From positions 89,951 through 153,950 of the forward strand of contig JAXMET010000010.1 in assembly GCA_046348145.1 (NCBI GenBank): a DNA stretch of 64,000 bases. The letters are read 5' to 3'. Positions 55,441 through 64,000 of the stretch are shown in pieces. Position 1 is the stretch's first letter. Each line of letters begins with the position of its first letter. The notes below the pieces were generated by a model. The model saw only the letters and a list, made by a program, of their open reading frames with translations, had not been told where the DNA came from and made no database searches. A program made the translations under genes and the position numbers. Origin of the DNA: Rubrivivax sp. (GTDB taxonomy: Bacteria > Pseudomonadota > Gammaproteobacteria > Burkholderiales > Burkholderiaceae_C).

Positions 55441-55652
55441 AAGTGATGATCCGCCGCAGCGCCGACGGCCGCCTGTCGGCCTACGTGCCCAAGAAGGACC
55501 TCGAAGAGCCCATCGTCGAGCAGGAGCGGCCCGGCCTGTGGGGCGGCACGGTCACGCTGGGCAACGGCTGGCGCCTGGCGCTGCCCGCACTGGCCGAGGA
55601 CACGCGGCTGCCCATCACGGTCGAGGCCCAGCGCCTGGCCGAACCGGCCTGA
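55437..55652 (+). CDS. nifT: NifT/FixU
   Basis: MKVMIRR, YVPKKDLEEPIV, WGG.VTL.NGW. Confidence 0.93.
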   Translation: MKVMIRRSADGRLSAYVPKKDLEEPIVEQERPGLWGGTVTLGNGWRLALPALAEDTRLPITVEAQRLAEPA

Positions 55653-55663
55653 GCGTCGCCGCC

Positions 55664-56839
55664 ATGCCGACCGACACCGTGCCGCTGTCGCTGCCGCCGA
55701 TCGGCGAGGCCGAACAGCAATGGGTGGCGGCCGCACTCGACGCGCCCTCGCTCGCCGCGGGCGCCTTCGTCGAGCGGCTGGAGCAGGCCTTCGCCGAGCG
55801 CCACGGCCGCGCCCATGGCGTGGCGGTGGCGAGCGCGACGCTCGGCCTGCTGGTCGTGCTGCGCGCGCTCGGCATCGGCGCCGGGCACGAGGTGGTGATG
55901 GCGCCGCTGTCGTGGCACGAGGCGGCGCACGCGGTGCTGCTGGCGGGTGCCGAGCCGGTGCTGGCCGACATCGACTACTGGACCGGCTGCCTGGACGCGA
56001 GCCGCGCCGCGCCCCGCATCGGGCCCGCCACGCGCGCGCTGCTGGCGGTCAACGTCAACGGCCACCCCGCCGCCTGGGGCCCGCTGCGCGCGCTGGCGCG
56101 GCAACACGGGCTGGCGCTGATCGAGGACAGCAGCGAGTCGATCGGGTCCACCTACGCCGGCCGGCCGGTCGGGAGCTTCGGCGACGTCTCGGTGTTCGAC
56201 TTCTCCGCGCCGGGCGTCATCGACGCCGGCGGCGGCGCGCTGCTGCTGACCGACGACGCGGCGCTGGCGCACGAGCTGCGCGCGCTGCGCGCGCGCCGGC
56301 TCGACGACCGGCGCTCGGTGTCGGCCGGCGCGCGGCTGCCGCTGCAGGCCGGCATGGGCGAGCTGGGCGCGGCGCTGGCGCTGGCGCAGCTGACGCAGAT
56401 GGACGAGCGCCTAGGGCGCCGCGCCGAGGTGGTGGCCTGGTACGAACGCGAACTGCAGGGCTTCGAGGGCATCAAGCCGCCCTACCGCGGCTCCGACGTC
56501 GGCGTGCTGCACCCGATGCTGGCGGTGGTGCACCTGGGCACGCGTTTCGGCGCCAGCGCGCGCCGGCAGATGGTGGACGACCTGGCCGCCTGCGGCATCG
56601 AGGCCGCGCCCTACTGCCTGCCGCTGCAGCGGCAGTTCGCGTACGCGCAGCGTGGCGCACGCACGCTGCCCGAGGCGGCCGCGGGCAAGGCCGCGCTGCC
56701 GCTGGCCGACCGCATCGGCGACCGCATGCTGGCGCTGCCGCTGCACCCGGCGCTCACCGAGGGCGAGGTGCGTTTCATCGTCGCCTCGCTCAAGGACGCC
56801 GCCACCAACGTCGGCGCCGGCGCCGCCATCTACCTGTAG
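55664..56839 (+). CDS. DegT/DnrJ/EryC1/StrS-fold protein lacking the PLP lysine
   Basis: LEQAFA, AGAEPVLADID, IEDSSESIG, VGSFGDVSVFDF, LALPLHP. Confidence 0.85.
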   Translation: MPTDTVPLSLPPIGEAEQQWVAAALDAPSLAAGAFVERLEQAFAERHGRAHGVAVASATLGLLVVLRALGIGAGHEVVMAPLSWHEAAHAVLLAGAEPVLADIDYWTGCLDASRAAPRIGPATRALLAVNVNGHPAAWGPLRALARQHGLALIEDSSESIGSTYAGRPVGSFGDVSVFDFSAPGVIDAGGGALLLTDDAALAHELRALRARRLDDRRSVSAGARLPLQAGMGELGAALALAQLTQMDERLGRRAEVVAWYERELQGFEGIKPPYRGSDVGVLHPMLAVVHLGTRFGASARRQMVDDLAACGIEAAPYCLPLQRQFAYAQRGARTLPEAAAGKAALPLADRIGDRMLALPLHPALTEGEVRFIVASLKDAATNVGAGAAIYL

Positions 56840-56860
56840 CCCCGACCGGAGGACCTCGTC

Positions 56861-57691
56861 ATGCATCCGTTCATCGCCGCCCTGCCGCCCGAGGTGATCG
56901 ACGGGCTGCGCAGCGGCCGGCTGCTGCCCTACCTGGGCCCGGGCGTGCTCGACGCGTCGGACGGCGGCGCGCCGGCCGACACCGCCACCCTGGCGGCGCG
57001 GCTGACGGCGCGCACCTCGGTGCCGGGCAAGATCAAGGGCCGCCTGAGCGCGGCGGCGCAGTTCATCGAGAACTTCAAGCACCGCCGCACCCTGGTGGCG
57101 GGCATGGACGCGGCCTTCGCGGCCGCACCGACGCCCGGCGAGCTGCACCGCTTCGTCGCCGCGCTGCACGCGCCGCTGGTGGTGCACGCCTGGTACGACG
57201 ACACGCTGCGCCAGGCCCTGGCCGACGCCGGCGACGACTGGAGCGAGATCCAGGGACTGAGCCAGAGCGAACACGCCGGCCGCTGGACCGGGGCCTACGA
57301 CGCACGAGGCACCGCGCTGGCGCAGGCGCACGAACGCGTCGGCCAGGCCGGCCACACGCTGCTGTACCGGCCCTGGGGTGGCCACGCACCGGCGTCCAAC
57401 TACCTGGTGTCCGACAGCGACTTCGTCGAGGTGCTGACCGAGATCGACATCCAGACGCCGATCCCGGCCGCGGTGCAGCAGCTGCGCAGCAGCCGCGGCT
57501 TCGTGTTCCTGGGCTGCCGCTTCGACGACCAGCTGGCGCGCGCCTTCGCGCGCCAGATCGCCAAGCGCAGCGCCGGCCCGCACTGGGCGCTGCTGCCGGC
57601 GCCGCTCACGCGCATGGAGCAGCGCTTCGTGGCCGAGCTGGGCCTGCGCAGGATCGAGGCGCCGCTGCCGGCCTGCGCGGCCGCGGCCTGA
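56861..57691 (+). CDS. SIR2-like domain protein
   Basis: LLPYLGPG, WYDD and FVFLGCRFDD correspond to SIR2_2 motif blocks. Confidence 0.75.
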   Translation: MHPFIAALPPEVIDGLRSGRLLPYLGPGVLDASDGGAPADTATLAARLTARTSVPGKIKGRLSAAAQFIENFKHRRTLVAGMDAAFAAAPTPGELHRFVAALHAPLVVHAWYDDTLRQALADAGDDWSEIQGLSQSEHAGRWTGAYDARGTALAQAHERVGQAGHTLLYRPWGGHAPASNYLVSDSDFVEVLTEIDIQTPIPAAVQQLRSSRGFVFLGCRFDDQLARAFARQIAKRSAGPHWALLPAPLTRMEQRFVAELGLRRIEAPLPACAAAA

Positions 57692-57797
57692 GCCTCACCG
57701 GGCCGGGGGGAGCCTTGCCCGCACCCCGCCGCCGTCGACACGCGCCACCGCCGACGTGCCCCGGGACCAGGGCGTGCCGGCACCGGGCGGGTCCGGA

Positions 57798-59579
57798 TCA
57801 GTCCCCGCGCACCACGCCTTCGCGCCGCGGGTCGGCGGCGCCGATCCAGCCCGACGGCGTACGCATCAGCAGTTGCACGCCGCTGGTGAGCTCGGCTTCC
57901 TGCACGCGGTGCCCGCGCAGTCGCAGAGCCTCGGCGACAGTCGGCGCGAAGCCGCCCCGCTCCAGCACCAGCAGGCCGTCGATCGGCACCACGTGCGGCC
58001 GCGCCAGCGCCGCCGGCGCATCGGCCCCTTCGTCCAGCAGCGCCAGCAGCGTGCGCGCCACGTGGTGCACGATGGTCGCCCCGCCGGACGAGCCCAGCGC
58101 CAGCACCGGCGCGCCCGTGGCACGGTCGAACACCAGCGTGGGGCACATGCTCGAGCGCGGCCGCTTGCCCGCCTGCACGCGGTTGGCCACGGGCCGGCCC
58201 TGGTCGTCGGCGGGCGCGAACGCGAAGTCGGTGAGCTGGTTGTTGAGCAGGAAGCCCCCGGGCAGCCCGGTTCCACCGTCCGACATCAGCCGCGCACCGA
58301 ATTGCGCCTCGATCGAGCTCGTCATCGACACCATGCGGCCCTCGGCGTCGACGATGCTGGCGTGCGTGGTGCCCCACTCGGGCTGTGCCGGCATCGGCGC
58401 CGCGGACAGCACGGCGCCGCGCGGGCGACCAGGCGGCACGGGGTCCAGACGGTGCGGACCGATCAGCGCGGCGCGCTCGCGCAGGTAGTCGTCGTCCAGC
58501 AGGCTGGTCCAGCGACCCGCGGGCGCCGGCACGAAGGCCGGGTCGGCCACCCACTGCGCGCGGTCGGCGAAGGCCAGGCGCGCCGCCTCGGTGTAGCGGT
58601 GCAGCGCATCGGGGCCTTGCGGGCCGCCGTCCGGCCCCGGCGCGGTGTGGTCGAGCAGCGCCAGGATCTGCATCACCGCCAGCTGCCCGGACGACGGCGG
58701 TGGCATGCCGCAGACGCGCCAGCGCCGCCAGTCGGCGCACAGCGGCTCGCGCCGCTGCGCCTGGTAGCCGGCCAGGTCGTCGACGGACAGCCGGCCCGGT
58801 TGGGCCGCGTGGCCGTGCACTCGCCGCACGATGTCGGCCGCCACCGGGCCCTGGTGCAGCGCCGCGCTGCCCTGCGCGGCGATGGCGCGCAGCACCGCGG
58901 CCAGCGCCGGGTTGCGCAGCACCTGGCCCACCGGATGCGGCTGGCCGTCGGCGCGGTAGTACAGCGCGGCGGCCAGCGCGTCGCGGCGCAGCGCGGGGTC
59001 CGCGCGCAGCTGCGCGTGCAGGCGCGGCCCGACGGTGAAGCCCTGCTCGGCCAGCCGGATCGCCGGCTCGAACAGACGCGCCCAGGGCAGGCGGCCCTGG
59101 GCGCGGTGCACGGCCTCGAGCATGCGCACCGCGCCCGGCACGCCGACCGCGCGGCCACTGACCATGGCCTCGACGAAGGGCAGCGGCTGCCCGTCGGGGC
59201 GCAGCAGCAGACGTTCGTCGGCGGCAGCGGGCGCGGTCTCGCGCCCGTCCCAGGCCGACACCTGCCGGCCGTCCCACAGCAGCAGGAAGGCGCCGCCGCC
59301 CAGGCCGCTGCTCTGCGGCTCCACCAGCGCCAGCACCATCTGCACCGCCACCGCGGCGTCGACCGCGTTGCCGCCGGCGCGCAGCATCTCCAGGCCGGCC
59401 TCGGCCGCCGCGGGATGCGCCGCTGCCACCGCCTGGCGGCGGAACAGGCCCGCCTGCGTGCGCTGCAGGCCGGTGGCGATCTCGGGCGCGGCCGACGGCG
59501 GCAGGGCCGGCGGGGGCGCGCTGCACGCGGCCAGGCCCAGCAGGGCCGCGCCGCCCAGCAGCCGTCGTAGCGGATTCAT
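57798..59579 (-). CDS. ggt: Gamma-glutamyltransferase (lipoprotein)
   Basis: LAAC lipobox, GGNAVDAAVA, DGRETAP, GTTH nucleophile Thr, GKRPRSSM, GAADPRREG. Confidence 0.93.
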   Translation of the reverse strand: MNPLRRLLGGAALLGLAACSAPPPALPPSAAPEIATGLQRTQAGLFRRQAVAAAHPAAAEAGLEMLRAGGNAVDAAVAVQMVLALVEPQSSGLGGGAFLLLWDGRQVSAWDGRETAPAAADERLLLRPDGQPLPFVEAMVSGRAVGVPGAVRMLEAVHRAQGRLPWARLFEPAIRLAEQGFTVGPRLHAQLRADPALRRDALAAALYYRADGQPHPVGQVLRNPALAAVLRAIAAQGSAALHQGPVAADIVRRVHGHAAQPGRLSVDDLAGYQAQRREPLCADWRRWRVCGMPPPSSGQLAVMQILALLDHTAPGPDGGPQGPDALHRYTEAARLAFADRAQWVADPAFVPAPAGRWTSLLDDDYLRERAALIGPHRLDPVPPGRPRGAVLSAAPMPAQPEWGTTHASIVDAEGRMVSMTSSIEAQFGARLMSDGGTGLPGGFLLNNQLTDFAFAPADDQGRPVANRVQAGKRPRSSMCPTLVFDRATGAPVLALGSSGGATIVHHVARTLLALLDEGADAPAALARPHVVPIDGLLVLERGGFAPTVAEALRLRGHRVQEAELTSGVQLLMRTPSGWIGAADPRREGVVRGD

Positions 59580-59590
59580 CGGCCGCGGAT

Positions 59591-59632
59591 GGTGTCACAC
59601 CTGCGGGGTGTGACACCTGTCGCAGCGTGACA
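59591..59632. promoter_or_regulatory. Putative enhancer (AcoR-type) sites upstream of aco
   Basis: Perfect inverted repeat GGTGTCACACC-N5-GGTGTGACACC, then TGTCGCAGCGTGACA. Confidence 0.55.
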
Positions 59633-59703
59633 GTCGCCCGGCCACGGGCAAACCCGCAGCGCCGCCGTCTCCGCACGAGGGCCGGTGCCGCAGGCCGCGG
59701 CGC

Positions 59704-59719
59704 TGGCATGGCGCTTGCG
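59704..59719 (+). promoter_or_regulatory. Sigma54 promoter of acoXABC
   Basis: TGGCAT-GGCGC-TTGCG. Confidence 0.85.
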
Positions 59720-59731
59720 CCCACGGCGGGC

Positions 59732-60817
59732 GTGAAACGCTCCCTGTCACCCGTCACGCTGGGCGTCGTGGCCAACCCGGTGTCGGCACGCGACATCCGC
59801 CGCGTGGTGGCCAACGCCGGCAACCTGCAGATCACCGACCGCGTCAACATCGTGCTGCGCATGCTGCAGGCGGCACGCGCGGCCGGCGTCGAGCGCGCCG
59901 TGCTGATGCCCGACCGCGGCGGCATCCGCGCGCTGCTGGAGCGCCACCTGGGCCGCCACAAGGCCTCGGCCCAACGGCACGAGGACGACGGCCGGCTGCC
60001 GGCGATCGAGTTCCTCGACTTCGAGCCCACGTCCACCGTCGACGACAGCTTCACCGCCACGCGGCTGCTGCTGCAGCAGGGCGTGCGCGCCATCGTCGTG
60101 CTGGGCGGCGACGGCACGCATCGCGCGGTGGTGCGCGAGCTGGTGAACGCGGGGTCGCGCCTGCCGGTGGCGGGGCTGTCGACCGGCACCAACAACGCCT
60201 TCCCCGAGATGCGCGAGCCCACCATCACCGGACTGGCCGCGGGCCTGTACGCCGCCGGCCGTGTGGGCGACGCCGAGGCGCTGTCGGCCAACAAGCTGGT
60301 CGAGGTGGCCATCACCGGGCACGACGGCGCGGTGCGGCGCGACATCGCGATCGTCGACGCCGTCATCACGCACGACCGCACGGTCGGCGCGCGCGCGCTG
60401 TGGAAGACCAGCTCGCTGGCGGCCGCCTACCTGGCCTTCGCCGAACCCGAGGCCATCGGGCTGTCGTCGATCGGCGGCCTGCTGCACCCGATCGGGCGGC
60501 GCGAGCGCGGCGGCCTGGCCGTGCAGCTGGCGGCCGACGCGGCGCAGGCCCTGGTCACGCTGCACGCGCCCATCGCGCCGGGCCTGGTGCTGCCGGTGCC
60601 GGTGGCCGGCTGGCAGCGCATGGCCGCCGACGAGCCGCTGCCGGTGGCGCTGCAGGCTGGCACCGTGGCGCTGGACGGCGAGCGCGAGCTGGCCTTCGAG
60701 CCCGGCGAACGCGTGGCGGTGACGCTGCGCGAAGACGCCTTCCTCACCGTCGACGTGGCGCGCTGCATGGCGGCCGCCGCGCGCGACGGGCTGATGCGAT
60801 CGATCCCCCACCCCTGA
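59732..60817 (+). CDS. acoX: Acetoin catabolism protein X (NAD-kinase-like)
   Basis: GVVANPVSARDIRR, LGGDGT, STGTNNAFP, LDGERE; start placed downstream of the promoter. Confidence 0.9.
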   Translation: MKRSLSPVTLGVVANPVSARDIRRVVANAGNLQITDRVNIVLRMLQAARAAGVERAVLMPDRGGIRALLERHLGRHKASAQRHEDDGRLPAIEFLDFEPTSTVDDSFTATRLLLQQGVRAIVVLGGDGTHRAVVRELVNAGSRLPVAGLSTGTNNAFPEMREPTITGLAAGLYAAGRVGDAEALSANKLVEVAITGHDGAVRRDIAIVDAVITHDRTVGARALWKTSSLAAAYLAFAEPEAIGLSSIGGLLHPIGRRERGGLAVQLAADAAQALVTLHAPIAPGLVLPVPVAGWQRMAADEPLPVALQAGTVALDGERELAFEPGERVAVTLREDAFLTVDVARCMAAAARDGLMRSIPHP

Positions 60818-60839
60818 AACCGACGAGAGGAGACCCGCC

Positions 60840-61823
60840 ATGGCAGGCAATCCGTTCCCGCAGAGCAAGCAGCAGCTGCTGCAGGCCTACCGCACGATGC
60901 GCACGATCCGCGAGTTCGAGGAGCGGCTGCACGTCGACTTCGGCCGCGGCGACATCCCCGGCTTCGTGCACCTGTACGCCGGCGAGGAGGCCGCCGGCAC
61001 CGGGATCATGATGCACCTGGGCGACGGCGACCGCATCGCGTCCACCCACCGCGGCCACGGCCACTGCATCGCCAAGGGCGTGGACGTGGTGGCGATGATG
61101 AAGGAGATCTACGGACGCAAGGGCGGCAGCTGCGAAGGCAAGGGCGGCAGCATGCACATCGCCGACCTCGACAAGGGCATGATGGGCGCCAACGGCATCC
61201 TGGGCGCCGGTGCACCGCTGGCCTGCGGCGCCGCGCTGGCGGCCAAGTTCCGCGGCAAGGGCGAGGTCGCGATCAGCTTCGTCGGCGACGGCGCCAGCAA
61301 CCAGGGCACCTTCCTCGAGAGCCTGAACCTGGCCGCGGTGTGGAACCTGCCGGCGATCTTCGTGGTCGAGAACAACGGCTATGCCGAGAGCACCAGCCGC
61401 GACTACGGCGTGGCGGTGGACTCCTACGTCGACCGCGCGGCCGGCTTCGGCCTGCCCGGGGTGACGATCGACGGCACCGACTTCTTCGCCGTTCACGAGG
61501 CGGCGGGCGAGATCATCGCGCGCGCCCGCAAGGGCGGCGGCCCGGCGCTGCTGGAGTGCAAGATGGTGCGCTTCCACGGCCACTTCGAGGGCGACGCGCA
61601 GACCTACCGCGGCAAGGGCGAGCTGGACGACATCCGCGCCCACAAGGACTGCCTGAAGAAGTTCGCCGCCGCCGTCACCAGTGCCGGCGTGATCAGCGCC
61701 GCCGAACTGACCGCGATCGACCACGAGGTGCTGGGCCTGATCGAGACCGCCGTCACCCAGGCCAAGGCCGCGCCGGTGCCCACCGAGGCCGACCTGCTGA
61801 CCGACGTCTACGTCCGCTACTGA
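60840..61823 (+). CDS. acoA: Acetoin dehydrogenase E1 alpha
   Basis: IPGFVHLYAGEEA, STHRGHGH, GDGASNQG...ENNGY. Confidence 0.93.
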   Translation: MAGNPFPQSKQQLLQAYRTMRTIREFEERLHVDFGRGDIPGFVHLYAGEEAAGTGIMMHLGDGDRIASTHRGHGHCIAKGVDVVAMMKEIYGRKGGSCEGKGGSMHIADLDKGMMGANGILGAGAPLACGAALAAKFRGKGEVAISFVGDGASNQGTFLESLNLAAVWNLPAIFVVENNGYAESTSRDYGVAVDSYVDRAAGFGLPGVTIDGTDFFAVHEAAGEIIARARKGGGPALLECKMVRFHGHFEGDAQTYRGKGELDDIRAHKDCLKKFAAAVTSAGVISAAELTAIDHEVLGLIETAVTQAKAAPVPTEADLLTDVYVRY

Positions 61824-61843
61824 GCCACGAGGAGAACCACACC

Positions 61844-62860
61844 ATGGCACGCAAGATCAGCATGAAGCAGGCGATCAACGAGGCGCTCGACCAGGAGATG
61901 GCGCGCGACCCGTCGGTGATCGTGATGGGCGAGGACATCGTCGGTGGCGCCGGCGGCGACGGCGAGCGCGACGCCTGGGGCGGCGTGCTCGGCGTCACCA
62001 AGGGCCTGTACGCCAAGCATGGCGACCGCCTGATGGACACGCCGCTGTCCGAGTCGGCCTACATCGGCGCCGCCATCGGCGCCGCCGCCTGCGGCATGCG
62101 CCCGGTCGCCGAACTGATGTTCGTCGACTTCATGGGCGTGTGCTTCGACCAGATCTTCAACCAGGCCGCCAAGTTCAAGTACATGTTCGGCGGCAAGGCC
62201 GAGACGCCGGTGGTCATCCGCGCGATGTGCGGCGCCGGCTTCCGCGCCGCGGCGCAGCACTCGCAGATGCTGACGCCGCTGTTCACCCACATCCCCGGCC
62301 TGAAGGTGGTGTGCCCGAGCACGCCCTACGACACCAAGGGCCTGCTGATCCAGAGCATCCGCGACAACGACCCGGTGATCTTCCTCGAGCACAAGAACCT
62401 CTACGGCTTCGAGGGCGAGGTGCCCGAGGCCAGCTACGCCATCCCCTTCGGCGAGGCCAACGTGGTGCGCGAGGGCAGGACCGCCACCATCGTCACCTAC
62501 GGGCTGATGGTGCACCGCTCGCTCGACGCCGCCTCGGCGCTGGCCAAGGAAGGCGTCGACGTGGAGGTGATCGACCTGCGCACGCTGTCGCCGATCGACA
62601 TGGACACGGTGCTCGAGTCGGTCGAGAAGACCGGCCGCCTGGTCTGCGTGGACGAGGCCAACCCGCGCTGCAGCATCGCCTGCGACGTGTCGGCCCGCGT
62701 GGCGCAGCAGGCCTTCCAGGCGCTGAAGGGGCCGATCGAGATGGTCACCGCGCCGCACACGCCGGTGCCCTTCACGCCCGTGCTCGAGGACCTGTACATC
62801 CCCAGCGCGGCGCAGATCGCCGCGGCCGTCAAGCGCACCATCAGCGGGGGACGGCAGTAA
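61844..62860 (+). CDS. acoB: Acetoin dehydrogenase E1 beta
   Basis: DAWGGVLGVTKGL, DTPLSESA, AAQHSQ. Confidence 0.93.
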   Translation: MARKISMKQAINEALDQEMARDPSVIVMGEDIVGGAGGDGERDAWGGVLGVTKGLYAKHGDRLMDTPLSESAYIGAAIGAAACGMRPVAELMFVDFMGVCFDQIFNQAAKFKYMFGGKAETPVVIRAMCGAGFRAAAQHSQMLTPLFTHIPGLKVVCPSTPYDTKGLLIQSIRDNDPVIFLEHKNLYGFEGEVPEASYAIPFGEANVVREGRTATIVTYGLMVHRSLDAASALAKEGVDVEVIDLRTLSPIDMDTVLESVEKTGRLVCVDEANPRCSIACDVSARVAQQAFQALKGPIEMVTAPHTPVPFTPVLEDLYIPSAAQIAAAVKRTISGGRQ

Positions 62861-63972
62861 TGGCCCAAGCCGGCATCACGCCCATCGTCATGCCCAAGTG
62901 GGGGCTGGAGATGCGCGAGGGCACCATCGCCGCCTGGCTGGTGGACGAAGGCACGCGCATCCGCGTCGGCCAGCCCATCCTCGACGTGGAGACCGACAAG
63001 ATCTCCAACGCGGTGGAGGCGCCCGACCCCGGGCTGCTGCGCCGGCGCGTGGCCCGGGAGGGCGAGACGCTGCCGGTGAAGGCGCTGCTGGGCGTGCTCG
63101 CCGAGGCCGAGGTCAGCGACGCCGACATCGACGCCTTCATCGCGGCCTACGTGGTGCCGGCCGCCGGCGAGGACGAGGAGGCCGGCGAGGCCTTCGGCTG
63201 GACGATGGTCGACGGCATCCGCGTGCGCCATGCGCGCCGCGGGCCCGAGGCGGGCACGCCGGTGCTGTTCATCCACGGCTTCGGCGGCGACCTGGGCAAC
63301 TGGCTGTTCAACCTGGACGCCATCGCCGAGAGCCACCCGGTGATCGCGCTCGACCTGCCCGGCCACGGGCAATCCGACCCCAGGCTGCCGGGGGCCTCGC
63401 TGTCCGACCTGTCGGGTTTCGTCGCGAAGTTCCTCGACGCCATCGACGTGCCGCGCGTGCATGCGGTGGGGCACTCGATGGGCGGCGCCATCGCCGCGCG
63501 CCTGGCGCTGGACCAACCGGCACGCGTGGCCTCGCTGACGCTGGTCAACAGCGCCGGTCTGGGCCCGGAGATCAACGCCGGCTACATCAGCGGCTTCGTC
63601 GCCGCCGAGTCGCGCCGCGACCTGAAGCCGGTGGTGGAGCAGCTGTTCGCCGACGCCTCGCTCGTCAACCGGCAACTGCTGGACGACCTGCTCAGGTACA
63701 AGCGCCTGGACGGCGTGCCCGAGTTGCTGGGCGCGCTGTCGTCGTCGCTGTTCGGCGGCGGTCGGCAGAGCGAGCAGCCGGCGCGCGAGCTCGAGGGCGT
63801 GCCGGTGGCGGTGGTCTGGGGCGAAGCCGACCGCGTGATCCCGGCCTCGCACGCGCAGAACGCGCCGCCGGGCGCCAAGGTCAAGGTGCTGCCCGGCGCC
63901 GGCCACATGACGATGATGGAGAAGGCGGGCGACTTCAACGCGCTGCTGAAGGGGCACCTGGCCGAGTGCTGA
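62860..63972 (+). CDS. acoC: Acetoin dehydrogenase E2 (lipoyl domain plus alpha/beta-hydrolase domain)
   Basis: MPKWGLEM, ETDKI lipoyl Lys, HGFGGDL, GHSMGG. Confidence 0.92.
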   Translation: MAQAGITPIVMPKWGLEMREGTIAAWLVDEGTRIRVGQPILDVETDKISNAVEAPDPGLLRRRVAREGETLPVKALLGVLAEAEVSDADIDAFIAAYVVPAAGEDEEAGEAFGWTMVDGIRVRHARRGPEAGTPVLFIHGFGGDLGNWLFNLDAIAESHPVIALDLPGHGQSDPRLPGASLSDLSGFVAKFLDAIDVPRVHAVGHSMGGAIAARLALDQPARVASLTLVNSAGLGPEINAGYISGFVAAESRRDLKPVVEQLFADASLVNRQLLDDLLRYKRLDGVPELLGALSSSLFGGGRQSEQPARELEGVPVAVVWGEADRVIPASHAQNAPPGAKVKVLPGAGHMTMMEKAGDFNALLKGHLAEC

Positions 63973-64000
63973 TCGCGAAGCGGCCGGCGGCATGATCACG

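Noticed and set aside
56861-57691. SIR2 gene as an anti-phage defence system
   Set aside because: No defence partner genes, catalytic residues appear absent, and it is embedded in the nif operon.
62860-63972. Lipoyl domain fused to an alpha/beta-hydrolase as a novel fusion
   Set aside because: This is the established AcoC architecture in proteobacterial aco operons.

Overview
High-GC betaproteobacterial chromosome segment, probably Burkholderiales of the Rubrivivax/Ideonella type (inferred from gene content and repeat style). 1-20 kb: uptake and catabolic genes. These include the end of a peptide ABC transporter, a LivKHMGF-type ABC transporter with a MalT/LuxR regulator flanked by two ATC-hydrolase-family genes and two flavoenzymes, and a LacI-regulated nine-gene redox/isomerase operon. 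Genes in the first ~14.3 kb carry many single-base frameshifts, probably sequencing error. 20-23.4 kb: a secreted subtilase with Calx-beta repeats and a decayed peptidoglycan-binding gene. 23.4-57.7 kb: a ~34 kb Mo-nitrogenase cluster with nifA, fixABCX, nifWV, a sigma54-type isc operon, modBAC, nifQ, nifENX led by a truncated hemoglobin, draTG, nifHDK, nifB, fdxN, two nifZ, a nifS-like gene, nifT, a DegT-like gene and a SIR2-like gene. Several sigma54 promoters, NifA sites and an FNR box are readable. 57.8-64 kb: ggt and the acoXABC acetoin operon. Most notable: the nif-linked DegT-like and SIR2-like proteins appear to lack catalytic residues, a globin heads the nifENX operon, a ~40-bp NifA-site direct repeat brackets draTG, and four sigma54 promoters predict near-leaderless mRNAs. 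All calls come from reading the sequence; no database searches were run.
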